IMG/VR virus record: IMGVR_UViG_3300038427_000078
DNA: 64,000 nucleotides
Source of the DNA: a virus
Strand: one strand, 5' to 3'
Below the pieces are notes generated by a model. The model saw only the letters and a program-made list of their open reading frames with translations, made no database searches and was not told the DNA's origin. Positions 49,623 through 58,648 of this stretch are shown piece by piece. The translations under genes were made by a program, and so were the position numbers. Within the stretch, counting starts at the first letter, position 1. The number at the start of each line of letters is the position of its first letter.

Positions 49623-49867
49623 GGTATCGACGTTGTGGGGCCAGGAGAGTCCGATTTTGTGTCCGTACTGACAGACGATTTGGGATCCCGCTTGTGGTCG
49701 GTGGCATAGAACCCCTTGCCCTTGAAGTGGATGGCGGGAGCGTGGAAAACACGGGCCGCATCGAGGCCACAGTTGGTGCAGGTGATCGACGCCGGAATGT
49801 CCGACATCGGGAAGATTCCCTCACTCAGATGCTTGCACGTCGAGCAGCGATACTCGTAGGCAGGCAT
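49619..49867 (-). CDS. FmdB-family zinc ribbon protein
   Basis: MPAYEYRCSTC...CTNCG...RVF..P.I.FKGKGFYATD. Confidence 0.85.
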   Translation of the reverse strand: MPAYEYRCSTCKHLSEGIFPMSDIPASITCTNCGLDAARVFHAPAIHFKGKGFYATDHKRDPKSSVSTDTKSDSPGPTTSIP

Positions 49868-50610
49868 CAGGTTTCGACTTCGGCAACCGTTTCTGAGGGG
49901 AGCCATATCCCGGCCAGTTTGCCGTGATCGCCCTTGTCCCCGATGTCAACGCAGTACGACAGAATCTCGTCGCCTCCGTCCTCCGGTACGTGCTTGTACG
50001 TGCGTACCTTGGGCGGATGAGCCGTGTGGCCGAACACCTGCGGAAACTGGAAGCTGAGCGCTTCCTTCGCGTCCCGCCAGAGTACGCCGCCGCAGAAGTG
50101 CGATCCGCCTCGTTCGAAGCTGATGGAGTCCCGCACAGGTACTCGCGTATCGCTTGGCTCTACCTCGTCGTTGAGCCATTTCGCGCATACCGCTGCTGAC
50201 ATCGGCTTCTCGATCAGCTTCGGGTGCAGACCCGCGTGCGTGAGGAGGAAGCCATGCGCCTCGTACGCCAGTTTGAGCTTGCCCGAGGAGCGCAGCGCCA
50301 GCACCTTGTGAATGACGTGCGGCTCAGGACGACGGTAGCCGCCGAAGCCGTGGGTCCGCTCTTCTACGAGCGCCCGGTCATGGTTGCCCCACAGCATCAC
50401 GTCGAGCCATGCCGGGGCCACCGTCACGGTTTCGTCGTCCTCCTGCTCTGTGGCGTATCCCCAATGGCCGAAGTCGCCAAGCTGCACGACCGTCACGTCG
50501 GGACGAAGGCGGTCGCCCTTGTCGTCCAGCAAGCCCTCCTGTTGGAGCAGCTTCGTGAGCCGATCTAGGTGGCCGTGAACGTCGCCTATGACGAACGTGT
50601 CGTCAGTCAT
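49867..50610 (-). CDS. calcineurin-like metallophosphoesterase
   Basis: GDVHGH, LGDF, GNHD, THAG, FGHT motifs. Confidence 0.9.
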   Translation of the reverse strand: MTDDTFVIGDVHGHLDRLTKLLQQEGLLDDKGDRLRPDVTVVQLGDFGHWGYATEQEDDETVTVAPAWLDVMLWGNHDRALVEERTHGFGGYRRPEPHVIHKVLALRSSGKLKLAYEAHGFLLTHAGLHPKLIEKPMSAAVCAKWLNDEVEPSDTRVPVRDSISFERGGSHFCGGVLWRDAKEALSFQFPQVFGHTAHPPKVRTYKHVPEDGGDEILSYCVDIGDKGDHGKLAGIWLPSETVAEVET

Positions 50611-50844
50611 GGATCTTCCCCGTGCTGTCGCATGTAGTCTCCGCGTCCACCGTATTTCTCCTTGCAGTCGTCGTGGATGATGCCCTTGAAGTAGGACGAA
50701 ACGCCATCTTCCCCTAGTCTAGCAGACTTGTGGCAGTACATGCACCGGACGTATTCCAGCGCCTTGCTGATGTAGCGCCGCGCGAGGGGAACACACGGAG
50801 GATCCTCGCACAGCGCTGCGTCAGCTTCTTCAAGCTCCCACTGG

Positions 50845-51246
50845 TTAGAACTCACAGGCCCATCCCGTAGATTCCGCCGTGGCGTAGTGATAGCCCGTGT
50901 CGTCCTCGTACGAGAAGGAGTGAGGCGGTCCACAGCATCCGCATCCGCAGCCAGGGTCGGAAGCGCATTCACCCGTGAGCCGTTCCCACTCAGGGATAGC
51001 GTCAGCCGGGTTGTCGAACTCCTTGGCAGCCGACATCGCTTCGCCGCCAAGCCACTCCTCGCCCTTCGTGCGCGGGCACGGGACAAGCGGGTTCTCATAC
51101 GACACGGACGGACGGCTGTAGCCGTACTCGCCCTTGGCGACCCAATGCACGTTCCAGCCAGCCTCCTCTAGCGCCTCCCAATCCTTGCTGTCAAGCCACC
51201 AGGAGCCGCCGCTGTTGTTGCTGTCGTATGTGACTACTACGCCCAT
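50845..51246 (-). CDS. hypothetical protein
   Basis: YDSNNSGGSWWL...GCGCGCCGPPHSF; TTGACG/TACTAT promoter upstream. Confidence 0.7.
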   Translation of the reverse strand: MGVVVTYDSNNSGGSWWLDSKDWEALEEAGWNVHWVAKGEYGYSRPSVSYENPLVPCPRTKGEEWLGGEAMSAAKEFDNPADAIPEWERLTGECASDPGCGCGCCGPPHSFSYEDDTGYHYATAESTGWACEF

Positions 51247-51277
51247 GCCCTGATAGTAGCAGGCTCTCGCCCGCTCG

Positions 51278-51745
51278 TCAAGCCATTCTGCTGCGGGCTA
51301 CGATTTCCTGGGCCTTGCGAGTGCGCTCACCCACGTCGGACGGGCGCTTGGGAACGACGGCGATCTTGTAGACGATCACGCTGGCGTTCATGTCGATGTC
51401 CGTCCCGTCTACCATGACGCCTGTCTCGTTGCCCCATTCATCAGTCTCAGGCTGCTGGATCCAGACAAGGAAGCTCTCCTCTTCATCGATGACTTGCTGC
51501 TCCTCCATCTCGATTGGCTCGAAGTTGCGGTCGTGGAGGAGCTTCTGGACCTCCGGGTCACGGGTGTCAGGCCATGCGGTCCTCACTTGCTGGCCGTCGT
51601 TGAGTTCGGCTAGCCGCTTGGCTAGCTGCTCTTGCTCCTGCTCCGTATAGACGTTGGTGGTTTGTAGTTTGGGCTTCGAGGGATCACGGATCGTGTACCC
51701 GACGAAGCTCCCTGTCAGGGTATAGATCGCAACGGCTTCAACCAT
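51278..51745 (-). CDS. hypothetical protein
   Basis: ATG 51745 a few nt after TGCTACTAT -10. Confidence 0.65.
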   Translation of the reverse strand: MVEAVAIYTLTGSFVGYTIRDPSKPKLQTTNVYTEQEQEQLAKRLAELNDGQQVRTAWPDTRDPEVQKLLHDRNFEPIEMEEQQVIDEEESFLVWIQQPETDEWGNETGVMVDGTDIDMNASVIVYKIAVVPKRPSDVGERTRKAQEIVARSRMA

Positions 51746-51782
51746 GACTCCATAGTAGCAGATTCCCGCACAGTAAAGGGTG

Positions 51783-52265
51783 ATGGCCTTCACGAACTGC
51801 ACAATCACCGGAACCTTCAAGGATCCCAGCGGCAATCTTCTGAACGGCACCTTCGAAGCTACTCCTTCCGGTGTCATGCAGAACAGCGGCGTCACGACCT
51901 CGCCCAAGACGATCAAAGCCAAAATCACCGCAGGAGCACTCTCTGTCAAACTCGTTGCCAACAACGACCCCGGTACGCTGCCTCTGACTGGCCCGAGCAG
52001 CCTTGACGGAACGACCACCTTTTACACCATCAAGGTCATGTTGGGCGGAGTGGTGCAGGAACAGTTCACCGTTTTCGTCCTCCATGAAAAAGAAGAATGG
52101 GACATCACCGAACTGCGCGAAAAAGCAGGCCAAGTCGGGATCGCTCCGAGTCAGCGTCAGCCGTTGACCACAAGGGCGACCAATCAGCAGATCGTTGAAC
52201 TTCTCGGCAACCTCGGTTTGTGTGAGGTCATTCAGATCCAGCCTCTACCCGGAGAACTTCCATGA
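51783..52265 (+). CDS. virion structural protein
   Basis: Late motif; ITGTFKDPSG...G beta-sandwich pattern. Confidence 0.65.
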   Translation: MAFTNCTITGTFKDPSGNLLNGTFEATPSGVMQNSGVTTSPKTIKAKITAGALSVKLVANNDPGTLPLTGPSSLDGTTTFYTIKVMLGGVVQEQFTVFVLHEKEEWDITELREKAGQVGIAPSQRQPLTTRATNQQIVELLGNLGLCEVIQIQPLPGELP

Positions 52266-53110
52266 TCGGCACCATCGCAGTCCGCTTCGACATCGGCCAG
52301 ATCAACAAAGGCGACACCGCCGAGTTGAAATCCGCGCTGCGGGTTGCCGATGGCGTGGTGGAAGCCAACGAAATCGCGTCCGTCACCTACACGGTCCAGC
52401 GACCGAACGGCATCCTCGAAGAGCCGGTCGAAGGTCGCATCGAACCAAATGGCGAAGGCTACTTCCAGTGGACCGAAACCGAAGAAGAAGGCAAATACAT
52501 CGCGCAGGCACAGTACCTACTCACCACAGGTGAGATTCGATCTTGCCTCGTCAACTTCACTGTTGAGGATCCCTTCCTCATAGACAACCAGCTTGAACAG
52601 ATTCTCGCAGAGGAGGTCTGGTTCAGGCTCGAAGACTGCTTCGAAGCTGTCGAAGGAGGCCCGTGGCTCCGCGACGAAACGCTGGCGAACTTCGATGAGA
52701 CTAAGATCCGTCGATTCATTCCCGAGGTACTGCTCGACATCAATGTGCAGTCGCCGTTGACCCGAGCCAGCCTTGGCGAATTCGTGTCGCTGGGTTCAAG
52801 CAACCCCAATCTTCCACTACTCGCCAAGGGCGTGCTCTGCAAGACGATTCAACACATGGTCCGTTCATACGCCGAGGTCGCCGTTCCAGTCGGCGGACAG
52901 GTTGTCTACGAAGAACGCGCGAACTACTGGCAGCGTTGGCAGACCATCTACAAGTCGGAGCACGAAGACTACTACACAATGGTCCGCCTCTGGAAGCGTG
53001 GATTCCTCGGATACGGCAAATCCGCTCTGCTCGTCAGCAGCAAGGCGGGTCGCCTCTTCTACGGCTCCGTGCAGCGCACCCGGAACGCAGGAAGGGGTGG
53101 CTATTACTAA
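52262..53110 (+). CDS. head-tail adaptor/neck protein with N-terminal Ig-like domain
   Basis: Synteny; RLEDCF...GGPWL...DIN...RSY.E...W..I. Confidence 0.6.
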   Translation: MIGTIAVRFDIGQINKGDTAELKSALRVADGVVEANEIASVTYTVQRPNGILEEPVEGRIEPNGEGYFQWTETEEEGKYIAQAQYLLTTGEIRSCLVNFTVEDPFLIDNQLEQILAEEVWFRLEDCFEAVEGGPWLRDETLANFDETKIRRFIPEVLLDINVQSPLTRASLGEFVSLGSSNPNLPLLAKGVLCKTIQHMVRSYAEVAVPVGGQVVYEERANYWQRWQTIYKSEHEDYYTMVRLWKRGFLGYGKSALLVSSKAGRLFYGSVQRTRNAGRGGYY

Positions 53111-53170
53111 TACCCTTCAACGGTTGTTACTACTGCTGCGTAATGGGTGGAAACTACCAAAGGAGGCTAT

Positions 53171-53590
53171 ATGAGTACCCGTGTCTGTAGCAAGTGCGGC
53201 GAAGTCAAGAACCTTGAGAAAGACTTTCAGAAGGGGAAGCGGTATCGGGGCGGATACTATGCCCAATGTCGCGATTGCCGTAAGAAGCATCCTTCGCAAA
53301 CCCCCGAAGCTAAGCTGTTGAATCTCTACAAGATTCGTCGGCGCAATCTTCAATTCGTTTGGGACTACTACAAGGCCCATCCCTGCGTTGACTGTGGTGA
53401 GCCTGATCCGATTGTATTGCAGCCGGATCATGTACGAGGCAAGAAGCTAGACGGCGTATCCAGGCTCGTACATAACAACCGCTCCTTGAAGGTAATAGCT
53501 GATGAGCTTGCCAAGTGCGAAATCGTGTGTGCCAACTGCCATGAACGGCGAACAGCCGTCACCCAAGGCTGGTACGCCGATGTTGTCTAG
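53171..53590 (+). CDS. HNH homing endonuclease
   Basis: HPCVDCGEPDPIVLQPDHVRG.K...ELAKCEIVCANCH. Confidence 0.9.
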   Translation: MSTRVCSKCGEVKNLEKDFQKGKRYRGGYYAQCRDCRKKHPSQTPEAKLLNLYKIRRRNLQFVWDYYKAHPCVDCGEPDPIVLQPDHVRGKKLDGVSRLVHNNRSLKVIADELAKCEIVCANCHERRTAVTQGWYADVV

Positions 53591-53954
53591 AATCAGATGT
53601 GGACCGACCGGATTCACGGTTCTCTTTCGAGAGGGTCATCCTCCAACGTTTTGTCAGCGCGTTACTGAGACACTTCCCATCTCTGGTCCGGGTAAGCTAG
53701 TTCTCAATCTCTTCGAGGAGTTCGGCACAGATGGTGTAGCCAACAAGGTCTGGAATCGCCTTGGTTACAACCCTCTAGTAGCACGCGGAACAAGGGTCAT
53801 CCGTTACATGCGTTATTTTGGTGGAGAGCCTTACTCGGAAGAGTACATGGATGTGAAGATAGTAGCCGAGAACGGAAGTGTGGAAAACGTAGGTTCCATG
53901 GAGGTCATCAGCCAAATCGAGCTAACGTATGCGGAGAAGAAAGTGGCCGCATGA
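53580..53954 (+). CDS. shortened tail-tube paralogue (124 aa)
   Basis: Colinear with tube gene 57919-58620: GFTV, FCQ.V, LNLFE.FG..G.A.KVW.RLG, PY.EEY, VG.ME. Confidence 0.78.
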   Translation: MLSRIRCGPTGFTVLFREGHPPTFCQRVTETLPISGPGKLVLNLFEEFGTDGVANKVWNRLGYNPLVARGTRVIRYMRYFGGEPYSEEYMDVKIVAENGSVENVGSMEVISQIELTYAEKKVAA

Positions 53955-53974
53955 GCGGATACTACTGATAGGCT

Positions 53975-54766
53975 ATGCCGCGTGAACCACTCACTAAGCC
54001 CCTCTACAAAAACGTCATCCGGTTCCTTGGTGACGCTGGTAGCGCGGCTGACATCCGCCGTCGTAGGCGATGGACGGGGCAGACGATGCGCCGCCTTGGT
54101 ACCCCTGTGCTCATCAAGCACATGTATACCATCGATGATGTCAAGAAGAACCCGACCGAAGAGGAAATCCTCAACGGGACTGCTGCTCAACTAAGCACCA
54201 ACTTTGATACCGCCTACGACCAATCGACCCACAACGACCCGTTCTCACATGGGGTGGGTTATGTATCGTGGGCCACAACGGAAGGACTCGAACCGCAGGA
54301 ATGGATCGCTCCTGACCCCAACGGACGCAAGCAGGCCAAACTCGTCCAAGGACCATACGAAGAAGGCTTTGTCCCGGCTCCGCTCTATCGCGGCTATGGT
54401 CCGGGCTACCTGACCTACGTCATCCTGCCTGACGCTCCGGTCGATGTGTTCAAGCTCACAGACGAGGGCGCTCTCATTCGCACACAGCAGGCTCGCGTCA
54501 ACCTCCCGTGGTACCCGGAAGTGGGAGACAACGACATCCTCATCACCGTCGAACTGGACGCCGCTGAGCGCATCATCAAAACGGGCACCCGTTACCAGTT
54601 GAAGAAGGTCAACCCGGTCACCATGAGGGGCCGCGACAGGCTGGGACGACAGGAGCTAGGACAGATGATCGAGGGCGGAGGTAACAGGTACCGAGTGGGT
54701 CAGTTCTGCGAAGCTAACAAGGTGCCCGAGACTGAGCCGATCTATGAAGTGGAGACAGATCGATGA
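53975..54766 (+). CDS. head closure/neck protein
   Basis: Synteny between adaptor and terminator; PWYPEVGDNDILI. Confidence 0.6.
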   Translation: MPREPLTKPLYKNVIRFLGDAGSAADIRRRRRWTGQTMRRLGTPVLIKHMYTIDDVKKNPTEEEILNGTAAQLSTNFDTAYDQSTHNDPFSHGVGYVSWATTEGLEPQEWIAPDPNGRKQAKLVQGPYEEGFVPAPLYRGYGPGYLTYVILPDAPVDVFKLTDEGALIRTQQARVNLPWYPEVGDNDILITVELDAAERIIKTGTRYQLKKVNPVTMRGRDRLGRQELGQMIEGGGNRYRVGQFCEANKVPETEPIYEVETDR

Positions 54767-55923
54767 GCGAAGAAATCGACACCAACCAGAAAGACCAGCT
54801 TAGCGAGAAATCCGGCTTGCAGCAAGTCACGCCACAGTATCTCCCGCAGGCCACTCTACAGTACCGCACATTCCTCAAGCGATCCATCACGGAGGGGTTG
54901 CAGAATGCGTTCGTCCAGTACGATGACGAAACACTAGAAGCGTGCAAGATCGGTATCGACTACCAGACCTCGCGCATCAACTTCCCGAACATCGTCGTCA
55001 AGTATTACGAGAAGTCGCTACAGAACGCAGGCGTGGGCCACAAAGAGTGGGGCAACAATGGTCAGCTTACCGAACTCATCGCGGAGGAAGTCACGATCAA
55101 CGCGGCGGAAGCCAAGCTCGAAAAACTCGCCAGCACCGAGCCTCTGGTCGCTGGTGAAACCACTGTGCGCGGACCGGGGATCCCACCGGAGACATTTGTC
55201 CAAGAGATAATCGACGGCACGTCCGTCTTCTTGAGCAACCACCCGGAACGGGACGTAGCCAGCGCTACGGTGCGGTTCAAATCGTACACGTCAGACAAAT
55301 ACACCGAATACCACCATTACCGCTACAACGGTGACATCTCGCTTGAGATATACGGCATGAGTTCCGCCGACCGCGACCGCGTGTCTGACGCCGTGGTGGA
55401 GGTTGTCGCCATGGGCACCGTAGGCGTCGAGGGTCGGAGCTTTCAGGAACGCCTCTACAACACCATCGAACAAGCCAGCTTCCCGTACTCGGCGTGGCAC
55501 TTCATCGTCGTCAATACAGACATCCTCACCAACTATGGCGAGACAGAGGAACTAGCGCCATGGATGCCCGAGGACGTGTGGCTCTACAAGACTGAGTACC
55601 GCTTCCCTGTGCAGGGCGAGTTCTACAGCATCACTCCGCTTGTCCCGGTGGCCGATCTTGCCCTCGTCAAGCAAGTGGATGTCCACCCGTTCCACGAAGA
55701 GCGCGAATCCGGACAGCCCATTGACATCATCCCGGTCGGGGTCGAAGACGATGTGGTCCACATGAAGACTCCGGAGGAATACCCGGATGAGGTCATCGCT
55801 CCCGCAGACTACCTCCACATCAAGAAGAAAGTCCGCAAAGTGGGTCAGGGCAAAGTGAAGTTCGAAGGATTGGAGGCAGGCTGCGGGTTCTCGGCCAGCC
55901 TGGTCCCGAGGTTCATCCCATGA
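54763..55923 (+). CDS. tail terminator/completion protein
   Basis: Directly upstream of sheath; FPNIVVKY...ISLEIYGMSS.DRDRVSD. Confidence 0.6.
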   Translation: MSEEIDTNQKDQLSEKSGLQQVTPQYLPQATLQYRTFLKRSITEGLQNAFVQYDDETLEACKIGIDYQTSRINFPNIVVKYYEKSLQNAGVGHKEWGNNGQLTELIAEEVTINAAEAKLEKLASTEPLVAGETTVRGPGIPPETFVQEIIDGTSVFLSNHPERDVASATVRFKSYTSDKYTEYHHYRYNGDISLEIYGMSSADRDRVSDAVVEVVAMGTVGVEGRSFQERLYNTIEQASFPYSAWHFIVVNTDILTNYGETEELAPWMPEDVWLYKTEYRFPVQGEFYSITPLVPVADLALVKQVDVHPFHEERESGQPIDIIPVGVEDDVVHMKTPEEYPDEVIAPADYLHIKKKVRKVGQGKVKFEGLEAGCGFSASLVPRFIP

Positions 55924-55965
55924 GAGAACTGATTTCTTGGTCGGTACTTGCTGGTAAATGACGAT

Positions 55966-56379
55966 ATGGATAGAGATTTTGGTCATTGGCTTGCTGGTTT
56001 CATTGATGGAGAGGGATGCTTCACCATCGTCAAAAATAGAGGATCCTGGCAATGCAATTTCGCGATATCCGTTCGGTCCGATGACGGTGCAATCTTGATA
56101 CAGGCCCGCGATTGGCTACAGGCCGGTCACATCTATCAGGCTCCTCGTAACCAGGGGCGAAATCCCATGGTCGAGTGGCGTATTGGCAGTTTAGATGATT
56201 GTTTAGCCCTCATCCAGTTGCTAGACGAGTGTCCTCTTCGAGCCAAGAAGGCAGCCGATTATCGAATCTGGCGCGAGGCCATATTTGCCAAACAAGAAAG
56301 CGACAATCGCAAGATAGGATCCCTAGCCCAAGTCCTCAAAGCAGGACGGGCTTACAAACTCGCGTCATCGCCTTGGTAA
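55966..56379 (+). CDS. LAGLIDADG homing endonuclease (single motif)
   Basis: WLAGFIDGEGCF...PLRAKKAADYRIW. Confidence 0.92.
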   Translation: MDRDFGHWLAGFIDGEGCFTIVKNRGSWQCNFAISVRSDDGAILIQARDWLQAGHIYQAPRNQGRNPMVEWRIGSLDDCLALIQLLDECPLRAKKAADYRIWREAIFAKQESDNRKIGSLAQVLKAGRAYKLASSPW

Positions 56380-56382
56380 TGG

Positions 56383-57897
56383 ATGAGATTCATGGCTCCT
56401 CACTACATCCCACCTGGCGTTACGATCACTGAGGCAGTACAGCCTCAGATTGTTCCTCTCGTCACATCCACCGCAGAACTCGTCATCGTCGGTCAAGCCG
56501 GAGGCGTCCAGACACGAACGGACCAGATCGTCGTGGGCAAAGCAGGTACGGAACAGGCGCTTCCCTACCTAGCGCAAGTCCCGCATACCAAACTCGTTGG
56601 CGAAAAACCGATCAAAACGGTCATCAACACCTTCCACCCGTCAGAACCGTCCGGTTCCAAAGGCAAAGGCTACAAAGAAGGCGAATCCTGGGAAATCAAA
56701 TCCGAAAAGTTCGTGAACAAGGAAGGGGAACACCCGATCCCGGAGGGCACCGTGGTCAGCATCACCTACACCTTCATCGCGGGCAACTACTACAACCCGA
56801 TCCGGCTCTTCGATGCTTCCGAAGTCCAGTCGCGGTTCGGTGAACCCATCGTCGGCGGCAAAGTCGCCTCTCCGCTATCCCTAGCGGCAACCAAGGCATT
56901 TGAAAACGGAGCACAGACAGTCATCTGTCAGCCGTTGTTCAAGACCTCATCCGGCTCGCTCGAATACAACCAGCTTGGCTACATCGTCAACGGTGAAGCC
57001 CTGACCGAAGAAGAAGCCGAAGAACCGACGCATTGGGCCACGACCCTACAGGCTCTCGGTACCGTCGAAGTCATCGACATCCTCGTTCCGGTCAGCGGCG
57101 TCGAAGAAGTTCTCGACAAGGTGCTCCAACTAGAGCAGGACCGGGCGTACGAACAGCAGTACGTCTTTGGGGTCTACGGGACCGACACAACGGTCACTGC
57201 GAAAACCGCTGCCGAAATCCGCACACTGGCGAAAGCTCTTGCAGGCTACGCGAGCGGTGCGTACTCACAGCAGAACATCCTCATCAATACCAGCAGCTTC
57301 AACGTCCGCGCTTCGCAGAGCGAAGAAATCCAGGTCGGCGGTCAGTACGTGGCCGCAGCCATCGCCGGTAAAATGGCTGGCTCACCGGCCTCACAGTCTC
57401 TCACCCGTCAGCCGATTGGCGGCTTCCGCGCTGTCAACGATCACCGCAACTCGTCTGAAAAGAACCTCGACGCCGAAAACGGCCTCATGGTCGTGGAGGA
57501 AATCAAGGGCGGATCCATCCGCATCCGCCACGGCATCACCATCGACACCGAAGGTGGCGCTGCCCGCTCTGAGGTATCCGTGGTCAGGGCCAAGTTCAAC
57601 GTCATCGAATCAATCCGTGAAACCCTCGAAAATCAGGTCATCGGCAAGATCATCGCTGACTCGAACTCTCCGGTCATCGTGCGCTCAGCCATCAGCGCTG
57701 TGCTAGCGGTGCTCGAAAGGACTCGCCAGATCGTCGGCTACAACATTCCGGAAGTCAAAGTGGCTTCTCTAGAACCGACGACTCTCGTCGCATCGTTCAG
57801 CTACCGTCCAGCCTTCACCGTCAACTACATCGACATCGTGTTCCAGCTTGATCTCTCAAGCCAGAGCGTGACCGTGTTCGAAGAACAAAAAGTCTGA
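56383..57897 (+). CDS. tail sheath protein (start may be 56392)
   Basis: YIPPGVTITE...RFG...SLAA..AFENGA...AAAIAG...SLTRQ...RIRHGIT...YRPAF.VNYI. Confidence 0.88.
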   Translation: MRFMAPHYIPPGVTITEAVQPQIVPLVTSTAELVIVGQAGGVQTRTDQIVVGKAGTEQALPYLAQVPHTKLVGEKPIKTVINTFHPSEPSGSKGKGYKEGESWEIKSEKFVNKEGEHPIPEGTVVSITYTFIAGNYYNPIRLFDASEVQSRFGEPIVGGKVASPLSLAATKAFENGAQTVICQPLFKTSSGSLEYNQLGYIVNGEALTEEEAEEPTHWATTLQALGTVEVIDILVPVSGVEEVLDKVLQLEQDRAYEQQYVFGVYGTDTTVTAKTAAEIRTLAKALAGYASGAYSQQNILINTSSFNVRASQSEEIQVGGQYVAAAIAGKMAGSPASQSLTRQPIGGFRAVNDHRNSSEKNLDAENGLMVVEEIKGGSIRIRHGITIDTEGGAARSEVSVVRAKFNVIESIRETLENQVIGKIIADSNSPVIVRSAISAVLAVLERTRQIVGYNIPEVKVASLEPTTLVASFSYRPAFTVNYIDIVFQLDLSSQSVTVFEEQKV

Positions 57898-57918
57898 TAC
57901 GCATAGGTAATCTGTGAG

Positions 57919-58620
57919 ATGGCATCAGAATTCTTGAAATCCAGAGGTCGAGTCGGTGGTTCCGGCTTCACCGTATTCACCTTCGGCGGACAGCCAATCG
58001 CGTTCTGCCAGCAGGTGTCCTACACCAGCCCCCAGCCAGTCGGCGGAGGCGCTTCCCCTATTCAGCCGATGGACGAGCCGTACCCGGTTGAGATTATGAC
58101 GCCCGCCGCAGCAGGCATGGGCCAAGTCGTACTCAACTTGTTCGAGCTTTTCGGATCCAACGGCATCGCATCGAAGGTGTGGGACCGTCTAGGTCTATCC
58201 CTCGGTGCCGGGTTCAGCGCAAGCAACCCATTCGGAGCCAACACTCCGGAAAACCAGTCAACGAACTTCACCCTCACAGGCGAAACCGTCAAGAACGAAC
58301 AGAGCGCACCATTTGCGGGCGCTGTGGACATCGTGGACGTGTTCGTCCGTCAGGCACAGACCGAAGCCCACAAGCTACAGATCGTCAAGATCGTTCGCCC
58401 GCTCAACCCGAACGGACCTCCGGGTAACGCCGAAGTCCAGCCGTACACAGAAGAGTACCACGGCTGCGCGATCACGAACATTCAGGATGGCGAGCAGATT
58501 TCTGTCGGCACGATGGAAATCCTCAAGCAGATCACGGTCAACTTCTGCTACGTGACCCGTAACGGACAGACGAGCCTCGCGTTCAAACTCCGTAACGACC
58601 CACTAGCCGCTGCTGGCTGA
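57919..58620 (+). CDS. tail tube protein
   Basis: Follows sheath; RVGGSGFTVF...P.P...IQPMDEPYPVEI.TP...YHGC.I. Confidence 0.8.
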   Translation: MASEFLKSRGRVGGSGFTVFTFGGQPIAFCQQVSYTSPQPVGGGASPIQPMDEPYPVEIMTPAAAGMGQVVLNLFELFGSNGIASKVWDRLGLSLGAGFSASNPFGANTPENQSTNFTLTGETVKNEQSAPFAGAVDIVDVFVRQAQTEAHKLQIVKIVRPLNPNGPPGNAEVQPYTEEYHGCAITNIQDGEQISVGTMEILKQITVNFCYVTRNGQTSLAFKLRNDPLAAAG

Positions 58621-58648
58621 TTCAAGTTAGTCTAGAAAGGAGAGTAGT

